Shown here: positions 11,016 through 23,982 of the stretch, piece after piece
Layout: each line of letters opens with the position of its first letter
Numbering within the stretch: the stretch's first letter is position 1
Assembly (NCBI GenBank): GCA_013265495.1
Contig: MU061017.1
Location: 9,882,180 to 9,946,179, forward strand
From: Vicugna vicugna
Lineage: Eukaryota
Direction: 5' to 3'
Length of the DNA stretch: 64,000 nucleotides
Notes under the pieces: generated by a model
Told to the model about the DNA's origin: nothing
The model's input: the letters and a program-made list of their open reading frames with translations, nothing else
The model's database searches: none
Program-made: the position numbers and the translations under genes

Positions 11016-12829
11016 GACATGAACGGGGAATTTACTGGAAAACACCACGTACAGGCATTAGGTTGTTGAGAGCTTGGCTGGTCAGGAACAACATTTCTAG
11101 AGTTGAGAAAAAGATTGGCTGTGGAAAATCAAGAAAAAGCCGTATGAAGGTGACAGCGTGGTAACGAGTCCCGCTGGTTCCATGGCTGTCCGAGTTTGCT
11201 GACTGTGTTTCACGGTGTCTCACAAACCCGCAGGCACTCGTCCTTCAGCGGCCCCCTCCCCGCCACACGCACTGCCCATCAGGTGCATCCCTTGCCCAGT
11301 GGTGACCTGGTGGAGGGAGGCGGGGAGGAGAGTGGTGCCAGCTTTGAGGCTGAGCTGGCCTGTGATCGGGGTTGAACCGTAACTCAAGACTTGCTTAAAG
11401 TGCTTGTCTGCTGGGCCCTACTGTAGACGTGGTAAGGGGAGGGGAGCTGAACATGAGTTACCTACCATGGTAGAGTGCTGGAGATTAGGAAAGGCGTGGG
11501 TGATGACATTTTCCAAATCTAAGACAACAGGGCACACTCAGGGGCTAGATGGGTGCTTGATGCAGAGTGGGGGCTGAAATGTAGAATGAACGGGTGATGG
11601 GAGTAATGACACATCGAGAGCTATTAAGATACATTTGCAGTGACCAGGAGAATTCACTGGACTAGGGATTTTTCATTCACAAAAAGGAGGGGAGAAGAAG
11701 GTGCTTTTTTGCTTTATTTTTTCACTTCTATTTAACTTGGGAAAGGGGAACCAAGAAATACTGTGAAATGTGTCTAGCTCCTTACCACTTCTTCCCATCA
11801 AGACGCAGTCACACAGCCCTGTCCCTCTGATTTACGTCAGGTAGGGTTGCAGGTTCTGAGATGGGTCTGTTTTCCTTTTTAATCTGGTAGTTTGGGGGGA
11901 AGGGAGGGGGTACTGTCTCTTCCCTTAATCATTCATCGCTCAACACCTGTTTCCAGCTTATTCCTGCTTTGAAAAATTCCTTTCCTACTAAGATTTCTAG
12001 TTGGCATCTAAGGAGAAACCAGAGACCCAGAGAATCAGAAATCTGGGTGTGTGGATATTTGGGGATGGTGACGCTAAAGGATAATGCTTTTAAACAAACT
12101 GAAAATAAAGGCTGGTGTAGGGAGAGGCACTGACTATCAAGGTGTTTCCACACAGGAGTTGGGGCCATGACACAAGGCTGAGCTGATGGTAAAGGTCGGT
12201 AGGCAAGGTGCTCACAGGGCCGACTGAGTGGAGCAATGACGTTCATGGCTGTTAAGCCAGAGGAAAGGGAAAACCACACCCAGCCTAGCTGGGCCTTTAG
12301 TGAACTGTGTTATTAAAGATCAGTCGTGGGAAATAGCCAGCACCAAGGCGACAGATGGGGTTCCTAAAGTGGTAATAGCCCTTGAGAACATTTCTAAGCC
12401 CTTTAATAAGAACAGCATGCCAGATACAGCTTCCAGAGCAGGGCACATTGATCTGGGTCCTGTAGGAACATGAGAAACGGAGTGGGTGAGGATCTGAAGT
12501 AGGCTGGTGATCACAGTATCTTGTAGAATTAGGGTCACGATCAAGTCTCCCAGGAAGGAGTGTAATTGCAAATCAGGAGAAATAATGATGTACAGACCAA
12601 CTGGAAATGAAAAACCAAAATAAGATAGACTCTCAAAGCTCATTACTAGCTTGGGCCAAGAAGCAGAGTGGTAGAGGAGCCATTGAGCAGGATTAGGGTG
12701 AGAGAAGATGGTGAACATCTCAGGACAAGCAAGACAGGCAAAGATTAGATGGAAGCAAAAAAAAAAAAAAAAAGGAGGGGTGGAAAGGAGGCAGCTATGG
12801 TCTCAGTGCAAAGAGAGCTGGGCTAGGGG

Positions 12830-12960
12830 GTCAGAAGACCTGGGTTCCAGCTCTCCACTTACCACCTGTATGAACTTAGGGTTTGGTAAATTTCTTAGCC
12901 TCAGACACCCTCCATTTCTTCATTTGTTAATGTATTAGCAATATCCACCTCCCAGAGCTA
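12830..12960 (+). mobile_element. MIR SINE fragment in the SCN3B 3'UTR
   Basis: gacctgggttccagctctccacttaccacctgtatgaacttaggg...tttcttagcctcag...tttcttcatttgttaa, a typical MIR core. Confidence 0.65.
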
Positions 12961-13599
12961 GTTGTGGAGAAGAAATAAGATATCTGAGATAAAAATGCTT
13001 TATAAGCCGTACAGCTTAATAATGAAAGTATTAAAGATGAGAAGAGTTGAAAAGTTAAAAGGAAAAGGCTAGAGAAGATTACTCGTAAAGGATAAAGAAG
13101 GAAAAAAACGAGAGGTACCATTCAGCTTCATTAAAAATCACTCAGGAAATATCTGAGTCGGGCTTTCAAAAAGGAAAAAAGGCCAACATGCATGCTAGAT
13201 CACAAGTTAGATGCATGGTCTACTGAGGCAAGAGGGCAGTGGAGTGGTGGGAAGTACCTTCTACGGCGAGCCCTGCTGTCCACCAGCCGTGTGACGGGGA
13301 AAACCTCGCGCGAATTCAGGCCTGTTTCCCTCATTTGTATGAAGTAAGAAAAATCTATATTCTGTCCCCTAGTTCAGAGGGATTATGTGGGAAATTACCA
13401 GTGGGAAGGGCCTTGAATTTATTGAAAAAAAGTACTTTCTTCAATAAAGTCAGACTCTTGAATATGTGAACGAGGGCTTGTTTCAAGTACTTCCCCAGGG
13501 ATGGCAGAGATGAAAAACTGAGTATGCCAGGTGAGGCGCAAAGCCACGGGAGTGTGATCTCTCCCTGTAAATTCCCCCAGATCAGAGGGACATCTTGTT

Positions 13600-14135
13600 C
13601 ATCGAATCCCAGTCACTTCCGTCTTCTCATATCCCCTAGGGCCGCCTCCTCCTCTCTCATCATTAGATGCTGAAGGACATTGCACTTGGACCCGTTACTC
13701 AAAGTGAAATATGAGATATTTTTTCTGGTGTTCATCTGCTCTCCTAACATCTAGAAAAAAAAACAACACCTGGACATTATGGATTCACAGGTGAAATATT
13801 TGGAAGCCCCCTCACCTGTCTGTCCCCTATCTCTTCACTCATTTGCTCATCATCCACCTCAGACTGAAAACATGTTTCTTAGTTAAATCCTATTCCCAGA
13901 TGTATTCTCCTTCGAGGATGTTTCAGACTCACAAATCTTTTCACTCTAATCTATCTCACATCCTTCTCTCTGCCTTTGGGGCCAGTCTCTAGTTCAGAGT
14001 CAGAGTTAACCTCAGCCGGGAGACCCACCCAGTTCTGTGCTTGTGAAGGGGGCAGGGCCATAGCCAAGCTCAATTTCAGAGTCTTTTTCAGAAGGAAAAT
14101 TATCCCATCCCGGGACGTGTAAACTGGGCAGCACC
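13600..14135 (-). mobile_element. L2 LINE fragment in the SCN3B 3'UTR
   Basis: Pyrimidine-rich ctcctctctcatcattagatgctg...acttggacc...catccacctcagactgaaaacatgt, resembling antisense L2. Confidence 0.5.
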
Positions 14136-15411
14136 TAAGGCTCATCTTGCTCCAGCCTGTCCTTTGTAGCCTCTTACCAGTTGAGCCGTCTGAGTCTCAG
14201 TTGCCTCTTGTGAAATAAGTAGTAACACTGATCCACAGAACTTTTGAGAGGAATAACTTAGGAATTTCCGTTCCAACGCCCACAGGATAGTAAGGCCCCC
14301 CAGGCATCTCAGGTGGTGTGCTCGCCGGGGAAGGCACACATGCGTTCCCCTGGTGGCATCATGAACATGTTGTATGACTTCCCAAGTCTCCTGCCCTTGG
14401 CGTCTTGGAGGACTGAGACTTACCCAGGCCTTTGAGACCTCTTGGGATCTAGCCCTGGAGTACCAATTTCCAGGGAACATTTTGGTCCATGCTTAACGAA
14501 CTTTCTATCCCTGGAGGGCCTGGAAAGCCATACTTTGGTGCTCCAGCCAAGTGGGCAGGAACTCGGAAAAACTGACTTCAGTGAATCTCGTTTCATGACA
14601 ATTTTTTGCTTTAACCCAAGCGAATCTCTCCTGCTTCCTTCCATTAAGACATCCATTCGCGTGCAGCAATGGAGAATGAGCCAGCTCCAGCCAGTAAGGG
14701 GCAAGTGAGTGTGCCGCGTCCAGCCCTTGTTCTAAGTCAGGTGCAACACAAGGGAGGAGTCCGGTTGGTAGGGATCTGCTTGCTTGAAAGCTAGGTTGAG
14801 TCCATGTAGACATGTTGGTTCCTCAGTTTCGGCAGAATCTTACGGTGTGTAGAGGTCTGACGGAGTTAGCAAGTCAGAGGTGAAAGTTCAGAGGTGAGTG
14901 GAGGCATGATGAATGAACTGAGAGATGGATGCATGAAGGGGAGCCATGTGGCTCCTGGGGCGCCCTCCTGATGCAGCTGACATCACTGAACCTGGAACAG
15001 CCAGTCCTGCAGGGTTCGGGCCACCTACCAATAAGAAAACAGCTCACTGCGAATTTCCAGTCCAGTCCAGCCCAGGCAAAGACTCTTTGACCTAATCCAT
15101 GATCCCTACAAAGGAGGGAGTCGGTGGGTTACTTTTTGTCACTATGGATGAAGAGTTCAAGTTGCCCCAACACTCAGGCCAAAACCACTCACCTTCTGAA
15201 GGGCTTTATCTCATACAGAGCTTTATGACTTGGGCATCAACTTAAAGTTAAGTCCCCTGAGGGTGAGGACTTGGGGTAGGGTAGAAATCTAATATAAGGG
15301 ACCAAATTTAAAGTCACCGGTTTGTGGGTGACGAGGTCACCTGAACATCCTGCCATCCTTATCTGCCTGCCCTCCCTTCCCTGTACATCACCTCTAGTGC
15401 CCCGTTCTCTT

Positions 15412-15475
15412 CTATTCCTCCACTGGTACCGCAGAGTTCTCTTTGTTCTCCGATGGGATGGCAAGGTAGTCAGAT
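15412..15475 (-). CDS. SCN3B: SCN3B last coding exon (A)SDYLAIPSENKENSAVPVEE*; the exon continues to 15392
   Basis: aacag|ATCTGAC...GAATAG, 64 coding nt. Donor GAG|gtgatg 20 nt after the stop. Confidence 0.97.
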
Positions 15476-15965
15476 CTGTTGGAGGAAAGACGGGGAAGAA
15501 AATCAGTGCCTTGGTACGCGGTGGTGGGAACACAGGAAAACGGAAGGAGCCAGGGCACAGGAGCAAGGATGTCTATGGAGCAGCGTTGCATTTCCTTCTG
15601 GCTGTGTTCCCCGAGAGAATACAAGAATGGCCCTTCCAGCAGACTAGAACAATAGTTTTGTTTTTTCCTCCCACCAGCACCGTATGAGTCTTCACATTTA
15701 ATCCACATTGTTCTCAGGACTTAGTATTGTCAGGTTAAACTGGCCATACTGATGGGTGTGAAGTTATATTTTGTAATTGCTTTAATTTTCATCTCCCTGA
15801 TTACTGGTGAAGCTGAGGATCTTTTCATAAGTTTATAGACAGTTGGGGTCCCGACTGCTATAATTTGACAGTTCGTTTGCTTTGCCAAGTTTTCCTTCTG
15901 AAATACTTGACTTCTTCTCATTGATTTTTCTTTGATGTCTTGAAAACATCTCCTCCCAGCCTGTC

Positions 15966-16140
15966 ATTTCTTTCTTTTTTTTAATTTTCTTTCTTTAATG
16001 TTTTTATTACTTTTTTATTTTTATTTTTAGGGGGGAGTAATAAGGTTGGTTGGTTTGTTGTTTATTAATTAATGGAAGTACTAGGGATTGAACCCAGGAC
16101 TTGGTAAACAGGCACACTACCACTGAGCTATACCCTCCCC
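15966..16140 (-). mobile_element. Camelid tRNA-derived SINE (Vic-1 type)
   Basis: Reverse complement reads ggggagggtatagctcagtggtag...gtcctgggttcaatccc (A and B boxes) followed by an A-rich tail. Confidence 0.9.
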
Positions 16141-17293
16141 ACCCTTGTTTCTCTTTATATCTAGTGGTTTTTTTTCGTCTCTGCTCTGCACCTTTTGTAT
16201 TTTCAGAAATCCTCACTATCTAGTGTGATCGAAATTACCATTTTTTTCGTCTCTGCTCTGCACCTTTTGTATTTTCAGAAATCCTCTCTATTCCAAGGTA
16301 ACGAAAATATTCTCTTATTTTCCCTAACAGAATTTCAGAGTTTTACATTTTACGCTGTCTTGAAATCCACTCATGATTTATTTTTGTTTAGTGTGAGAGG
16401 TGGGGAATCTAATTTTCTTTTCTTTTCTTTTCTAAATGGATAAGGAATTGTCCTTATGCCACGTCCTGGACAGGTCATTCTTCTTTCAATGGTGTTTTCG
16501 TATAGACATTAACTTATTGGGGGTCTCTGCTTTGTTTCTGTTTGCCCGTGTTGTATGTCTGGGCCAGTATCATAAACCCGTTAGTAGCTCTATGAGAAAT
16601 CTTCACATCTGATAGAAGTCCTATCAGCCACTTCCGCCAAACCTACTGTTCTTTGAAATAGGCAAACCATGGCCCATAACCTAATAATGGTTGTTATTTG
16701 TTTAAAGGCCTACAAACAAACAAACAAAACCAAAGAACAGTTTGGACAGAGACCCATTTTGGCAAAGACAAAAATATTTACTATCTGGCCATCGTCTGGC
16801 TTAGACTAGTTTTGCCCCTTTGGTCTTCTGTGTGACTTTTAAGATCAGTTTATCAATTTCCTTCAACAGTCCATTGGGTGTTTTGATTCTAATTTTACTG
16901 AATCTGCAGATGAATTTGGAAAATAATTGCCCTGTTTGTAACAGCGAGGTTTTAGTCTCCATTTATTTAACTTAAATCTTTTGGTAAAGTTTTGTAATTT
17001 TCTCCTTAAAGGTCTTACATATTTTTGTCAAATTTATCCCCAAGTATTGGAGAGTATTTGTTGCTGTTGTAAGTGACTTTTTAAAAATGTCTTAAATATT
17101 TAGATGTTTCTTTATAAATTTTTGTGTCTGAAATATAAATGCATTTATACTTATATATAAGTATTTATAAATATTTTTATTTGTATCAATGATCTTATGG
17201 AATGCTCTTACTAGTTCTAATAGTTTGCCCATAGATTCCCTTGATAAGTAATTATACTGGGTGTGAATTTCTTTCTTTACAATTCCTACTCTT

Positions 17294-17376
17294 GGGGAGC
17301 GTGTCTAGCTCATTGGTAGAGCTCATGCTTAGCACGAGGTCCTGGGTTCAATCCCCAGTACCTCCATTAAAAAAAA
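17294..17376 (+). mobile_element. Short camelid tRNA-derived SINE with 13-bp TSD
   Basis: ggggagcg...tagctcattggtagag...gggttcaatcccc...aaaaaa, flanked by aattcctactctt at 17281-17293 and 17377-17389. Confidence 0.93.
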
Positions 17377-19727
17377 AATTCCTACTCTTTTTGTTTTGTA
17401 TTTACTTAGTACACCACCTAGGCTCTCCAATACAATATAGAACAGAAGCAGGGAGAGGTGGTATCCTTGACATGCTTCTGATACTACAGGCAATCCTTCT
17501 AAAGTTGCCACACAGGTATTTGCTACAGGTTATATTAGTAGCCACCATTTACCCATTTAAAGATGGTTGGTACTTAGGTATAGATTTCTATGTATTTATC
17601 CTGCTCAGGAGACATTGTGCTCTCTGAATCTGAAGAGTCATGCCTTTCCTTAGCCACCATAACTCTGAGTGTTTTTTCTCCTCCATTTTCTCTCTTCTAA
17701 TGGGTCTTCTCAATTTTTTCCTTCATATTTCCTTGTGATTTTCCATCTTTTTGTATCTCTGTGCTTCATTCAATGGAACTTCTTTACATTTATCTTCTGG
17801 CTACCAGTAAGTAATCTCTGGTGAACCAATCCATTGAGTTTTAAATTTTATTGACTAAATTTCATCGACCATTTAAATTTTATTTTTCATTTCCAGATTT
17901 TGCTTTATTCCTATTCAGATCTGCCTGTTCTCTTTCTCTGAGCAACTTCTTCTCTCCTTATGCTTTTGGTTCCCCCTTTTATTGTTTTAACTCTTTCAAG
18001 CGGATTTATTTTCTGTATTTGCTCAGGTCCTTCTTGTGTCTGAGGTTCCTGGGATTTGAACCTGCCATTTGCTACTCCTCTGGCACGTGCTGGATTATTT
18101 TCTGTGTGTCTTTTAGTTTTGGATTGCACTGTTGAATCAGATTCAACAATGCTTTATCTGGGGAGCCCTGTTAAGCCTCAGCTGAAAGCGGGTCCCTTCA
18201 GAATAGTTTTTCATTTGCTTCTACATGGTTATCACTGTCTAGGGACTAATTTTTTAATTGAATTTCTCAGCTTAGAGGTTCCTGAATCATGTGGGTAGTG
18301 TAAATTTAAATTCCAGACACTGTGAGAGCAGGCTTGTGGTTACCAATTCTCAAGAATCTTTTATGTTTCTGCTTGGAGTCAGGCCAAGATAGATGTGTTT
18401 CCTTGGCTCTTCCCTGGGCTGGTGGACTGATTCTTTTCTGATCTGTCTTTTGCATGAGTTGCAGCTCTCTGAGGATCTTGGTTCTGCTGGTGACCTCAGT
18501 TCCAACTCTGTTTCTTTTGCAAGCCCAGTCATAGGCATTTTCTGTCCAAGCGTGGGAACTCCCTGTGTAAGTGCAGGCACTTCCTGTCCAAGTATGAGCA
18601 CTTCCTATGCCGAAGCACTAAAATCTAAGCACGTAGGCCACCAGGAATGACTACTTCCCCTGCATATCATTTCTTTCTATTCTTCTATCTGGTCAGTTGT
18701 AATTTTTTACTTTCCTGAGATCATAGATATCATGAAAAATGATACTTTATCAAACAATTCTAGGTGGTAATAGCCTAGGGTTTTTTGGTTATCACCTCGG
18801 CAATATTGCAACCTGTGCAGAGAGGGTTCTTTTTTATCTTTCCTCCAAGTAACAGCCCAGTGTGGCCCCTTAGACACTCAGACCCTATCATCTGTTACAT
18901 GTGCTCACTCCTGAGTGACAAGGGCCTTGGCAAAACTGGCCAAGGTATGGTCTGGACACTGGAGAATGAGAGCCCCTCTCTGGGTATTTAATCACTACTA
19001 AGTTCCAGGGGGAAGAACATGTTTGGAGCTCCTCGGCTAATACAGAGCAGTGCCCAGTGCCCGATGAGCTTGTGGTCTACAGCAAACAGCTGATTGTGGC
19101 AGGAAGAGCATGGATGTCAGAGAAGCCTCCGTTCAAATCCCAGCTTCTCCTCTGCGTATCTGTGTGGCCTCCACAAGTCACTTGCCCTCTATGTGCCTGC
19201 TTCAGCGTCTATAAAATGGTCATAATAATGGTAATTTCATGGGATTGTGCTGGCAGCTGATGGGCTTCATATAAATGGCTAAGAGTGCAGGGCAAGAGTT
19301 AGCAGGCACGAAGTCAAACCTTGCTTTGTCGAACAGTCTGGGGCAAACTTTCCCAGGCTCAGTTTTCTCATCTGTAAAATGGGTATATTAATGCTGCCTA
19401 CCTCAAAGGTTGTTGTGAGGAAGGTGGAGGACTGTGGAAACTTGCTTAACACCTCACCTGTGAGAGCAAGCTGTCTGAAGGTGCAAGCTATCTTTATTTT
19501 GGCCTTCCATAACCCTTCCATAAAAGGTTATAAAATAAATGTACATCCATATTTACTAATTAGCCTCCAGTTTATAAACCATAGAAATCACAATTCTGAG
19601 ATCCTTCTATCAGAAGAACAAGAATGCTTCTGAATTCCTATAATCTGTATTTTGACAGAGAATCATAGATGGATTGTTAAAGGTTTATTTAGGCTATGTG
19701 TGAAATTTAAGCTAATTAATAAAACTG

Positions 19728-19844
19728 GGTTTTTTGAGGAGGGGTAATTAGGTTTATTTATTTTTGGAGGAGGTGCTGGGGATTGAACCCAGGACCTTGC
19801 GCATGCTAAGCATGCACTCTACCACTTGAGCTATACCCTCCCCC
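19728..19844 (-). mobile_element. Young-looking camelid tRNA-derived SINE with 8-bp TSD
   Basis: Reverse complement ggggagggtatagctcaagtggtagagtgcatgcttagcatgcgcaaggtcctgggttcaatcccc. TSD taaaactg at 19720-19727 and 19845-19852. Confidence 0.93.
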
Positions 19845-19892
19845 TAAAACTGAATGGTTTTTAATAGGTTTAAAAAAAAGTCTTTGGACTTA

Positions 19893-20222
<330 letters not shown>

Positions 20223-20619
20223 CTACAAGTCTGGATCAGACACAAGACATCCCAGCCCATCTTCCTTCCAGGTCATCCCAAACCCCAACAGAAATGAGGA
20301 CTGGAGAATTCTGTGTGTGATCCAGGCTGTCCTCAGAGATCTACTTCTGAAACCCAGACCCGATCCTGCCATACCCCTGCTGAAAACCTTTCAGTGCCCC
20401 ACATTTCCCTCAAGATGGAGGCCAAACTCCATGAACAGGGCCTGCAAGGCCACTCACCATCTTCTTCACCTCATGTGCATCGGTTGGCCAGCAAAACCTC
20501 TTTCTCATACGTACTGTGGTCTTTTGGAATCTATAGACATTTCTTCTTCCTCTTCCCTCTTCCTAGACTGTATCTCACACCTCACTGCTGCCTCTGCCCC
20601 AATATCCCCTCCTGCTTCT

Positions 20620-20890
20620 CCGTCTCCCAAACATTCTTCTCGACTCCACTGAAGGCACCTCTTCCATGAAGCCTTCCTCAGCCTCCCGTGAAGTTATCAC
20701 TCACATCCTTCTCCGGGCACTGTTCCATCCATCCGTTACAACACTTCCCAGGTTGCATTGTGATGTATTTTGATGTATTTATCTCTCTTCTCTACTGACT
20801 GTGTGCTTATTAGGAACATATTTATTTCTGAGTTATCAGCCTGTTGCCTAATCTTAGAATATTTGAAGTATTCAATAAGTATTTGTTGAG
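20620..20890 (-). mobile_element. L2 3' end
   Basis: cttccatgaagccttcctcagcc...ctactgactgtgtgctt...agtattcaataagtatttgttgagtaa, the characteristic L2 tail. Confidence 0.7.
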
Positions 20891-23047
20891 TAATGCATAT
20901 AAATCAATAGTGAGCATCCTTGTAACCAACAAAATGACAATAAAACACGACATATGGGATATGTCCTGAAATATATTCTTTCCTAGTGGGGAGGAAGGCT
21001 GCAGCCACATCTCTCCTTGCTAGCTCTCGGCAGCAAATTAGATTCATGGTCCTCGGTTATCCTTAGGGTCCAAGTCATCCCCAAGGCCTTGCTCATTAAA
21101 AGCACAGCATAGCCACAGCCATGACCTTCAGCTCAGAGAGGCCATCTAAGGTCTCCAGGATCCCCCAGGTCTCCTAACGGGAGCTGGAGGTCGCAGATGC
21201 ATCTTGAGGCCTGGGAGAAGGGTGTACACTTCAAACGTCTTCTCGCGGGCTTGCCACAGCCTGAACTGTGATGTGCTCGCCTTAAAGCACGCGCTGTCTT
21301 TCTAAATGTGATCGCCCAGCAGCAGTACCGCAGGAAGCTGTCCTTAGTAGCTTTAGTTACCTCTAGGTGAACAGACCTCAGATTTCTGTCTTAGAGCCAG
21401 GAGGGGAGAGCCTAAGCTGGGACCAGTCCAGCTGAACAAAGAGAAGCAGGGTCATTCTCTGGGACCACAGGGGTGGAGCAGACTCAGGGCAAGGGGGAGT
21501 GTGTTGTGGTGGAGAGTGGAGCTCAGAGCAGTATGAGAGCAGTGAGCTCTCATACTGGTGGTGGCGGCACTGCCAAGAGTTCACAGAGCAGGGAAAGAAA
21601 GAAAAACCAAAATGGGATGGTGGCAGAAGAAAAAGATGAAGTGGAAATAGAGCTAATAGAGAGAGGCACAGTGCTGGATTGCAGTCCTCCTTCTGGGCCA
21701 ATGTGCTTCACATCCCCAGGCAAGCCGTCACCTTCCAGAGCTCTATCTCCCAGCCACAAAATGAGGGCACCAGAGCAGCGCCCTCCAGTCACCTGGGGAG
21801 TCATTTCAACTTACCTTCGCCAGGCTGCACCCCAGCCTACTGAACTCACACCCGCAAGAGCGGTATGGAGACGCCGACACTGAAGGAAAGCCCTCTGCGT
21901 GATTCTGGTGCCCGCTCTTTGTTCAGAACTCCTGAATTAAAAGACAGCCAAGCTTCCTTCCAGCCCTAACATCCCCAGAGGCTCTGTGGCTCTGAGAGCA
22001 AGCTTGTTTCCCTGTGTTCTCACCCAAGTCTGGCTCTGGTATCCGGCAGGCGGACTGACCCTGCTCTGCCACGCTTTCCACTGGCTGCACCTGCACGAGG
22101 GGCTCTGGAGGCAAAAGCCTTTGAGGGCAGGAGGTGGGGACAGAGCAGCTTCCTAGTACCTGCAGTCACCAGCTGACAGTCCTGGCGGTGAACAGTAGAG
22201 GGCGCCAGGCTCCCTTCCCCCAGGGAGGAGAGGTGTGGAAACAGAAGATAATGGAACATCTGAACAGAAAAATACCTTAGAGAGCTTCCAGTCCAACCCA
22301 TCATTTTGCATAAGAGGAGACAGGCTCGGAGCGGGGAAGTGGCTCATCAGGGCTGAGCCAAGTGGCCTGAGAGTCCTGCACCGTCAGGACAGACCTACCT
22401 GCTGCTTCAGTCTTGTCTGAATCATGACTAAATCGTGGCATCTCTTACTCTGTTGTTCGCTCTCGTTTGCTTCATGAATTTTATCACCATAGCAGGTAAA
22501 AAGCAAATATGCCTGTGGCCTGGGAGTCAGGGCTACGGGCATTCTTTTCTAGGAAGAGCCTGTCTTTAATTGGACCACTCCTTTGTCTCCTGCCCCATCG
22601 CTTTTGCCTGTTCCCTGTCTTGCATCTTGGGGCAGCCAAAGTGCTAAGGACATGCTAGAAACGCATTGTTTGAGAAAGGCTGAGTAAAACGGAATCATCC
22701 TTGGCCTGGGTGAGAAAACACACAGAGAGATACGTATATCACTCTTCCGACTTGTGAAGCCTTCAAGGAGGCTGTCCGCTTTCTCCAAGGACGATCCCGC
22801 AGGTAAAGATCACTGCATGATCATCTCCGTGCCTTTCCGCTTTGAGGAGAGGCACAGAGAGGCGAGCTCTCGGCAGCTTTCAGGAGGCTGGCCACTACAG
22901 GAAGACAATTTGGTGGTGACGTTGTTAGGTATCACCACTCCAAATACGTGGGGTTCTGCATTCTGCAAGGGGCTTATTTGTGTGGAAACCCCCTGTTCTC
23001 CCTCCCCTGAGAGCCAAGCACCCTAGAGAGCCAATGCCCGGCCTTAC

Positions 23048-23273
23048 CCTCCTCGGTGACTCGGAGGGGGATCAGCCGTGTGGTCTTCACAAAGGGACGA
23101 TGTGCCTCGAACTCAAACTCCCGGGACACGTTGCAGGTGTAGAGGCCGGAGTCGTTCAGGGTGACGTTGAGCACAGTGATGGACACGTCCTGCAAGTCTT
23201 TGCTCCCATTCCACTGCAGGCGACCCTGGAAGGGGCTCTCCACCTCCTGGTGGCCGTTCCGATACTCGTAGAT
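23048..23273 (-). CDS. SCN3B: SCN3B Ig V-set exon IYEYRNGHQEVESPFQGRLQWNGSKDLQDVSITVLNVTLNDSGLYTCNVSREFEFEAHRPFVKTTRLIPLRVTEE
   Basis: cctgcag|ATCTAC...GAGG|gtaagg, 226 nt, containing the DSGLYTC Ig motif. Confidence 0.98.
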
Positions 23274-23982
23274 CTGCAGGTAGAGAAGCAGAGGGGTAGG
23301 GCCACGAGAGAAGACAGGGTAGAGATGGGGACGGGGCAGAGAAAGGGACCAGAATGATGCATGGACGGGGGAAAGGGGACAATGGTACAAGGAGCTCCCG
23401 AATGTGGGAGTGGGATGGGGGCTTGGAAGAGGGCGGGGAAGAAAGCGAAGACGGGGCAAGATGGGAAAGGCAAACAGGTGTCGGGGCACACAGACACGGA
23501 CATGGTGAGGTAAGAGGCAGGAAGCGGGAGACAGGAGGAAGGGGTGGAAAGGAGGAGACATGAGGAAGGTTAGTGAAGCATACAGGAGCCCGGGAGGGGG
23601 CAATTGAGAGGGAGGAAGGATTGGAAAGAGATGAAAAGAGAGAACAAGAGAGAAAGAAGTGTCATGGCAGCAGCCAGCAAGAGATTGAGGCATAGAGACC
23701 AAGACAGGCAGTTTCATGCATCATAAAGACATCTGAAAGCTCTGGCCTCCAAATGGGACTCTCTGGGCTGGTCCCCACTGAGGGGACGTGGGCAGTCAGT
23801 CGGAGTCCGGCCACAGGAAAGGGCTCCAGGCTACTAACGTGGCCCCGATGAACAGAGAGCCGTCAGCCGATGTGCACACATCACACCTTCCACTCTGGAC
23901 TGAATTATAACTGAAATCTGGTCTCTAAGTTTCTTTTCTCAAACATTTCCACCTTCTAACACACCTTTTATTCCCCTCTGCA

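Larger units (their letters stand above)
10990..15024 (-). other. SCN3B: SCN3B last exon (non-coding, ~4-kb 3'UTR)
   Basis: Acceptor ttcttattggtag|GTGGCCCGAACC. The following sequence (CATCAGGAGGGCGCCCC, CCTTCATGCATCCAT, CTTTCACCTCTGACT) resembles the recalled human SCN3B 3'UTR. Confidence 0.8.
15730..18830 (-). mobile_element. Old, fragmented L1M LINE interrupted by two SINEs
   Basis: Typical antisense L1 ORF2/3' motifs: attgctttaattttcatctccctgattact, tgattctaattttactgaatctgcagatgaatttgg, ttgttgctgttgtaagtg. Confidence 0.6.

Noticed and set aside
14331-14337. miR-124 7mer-m8 site (GTGCCTT on -) in the SCN3B 3'UTR
   Set aside because: A single 7-mer in 4 kb is close to chance expectation, and conservation cannot be checked here.
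16169-16286. Repeat-spacer-repeat pattern as a CRISPR array
   Set aside because: There are only two units, the DNA is eukaryotic and no cas genes are present; it is a local duplication.
17294-17376. tRNA-like sequences here and at 16.1, 19.8, 49.7 and 62.0 kb as tRNA genes
   Set aside because: They have A/B boxes but also A-rich tails, TSDs in two cases and no intact cloverleaf, so they are SINEs.
22974-23717. 247-aa ORF as a single-exon protein
   Set aside because: Only 23048-23273 is the SCN3B exon; the remainder is pyrimidine-rich intron read through in frame.
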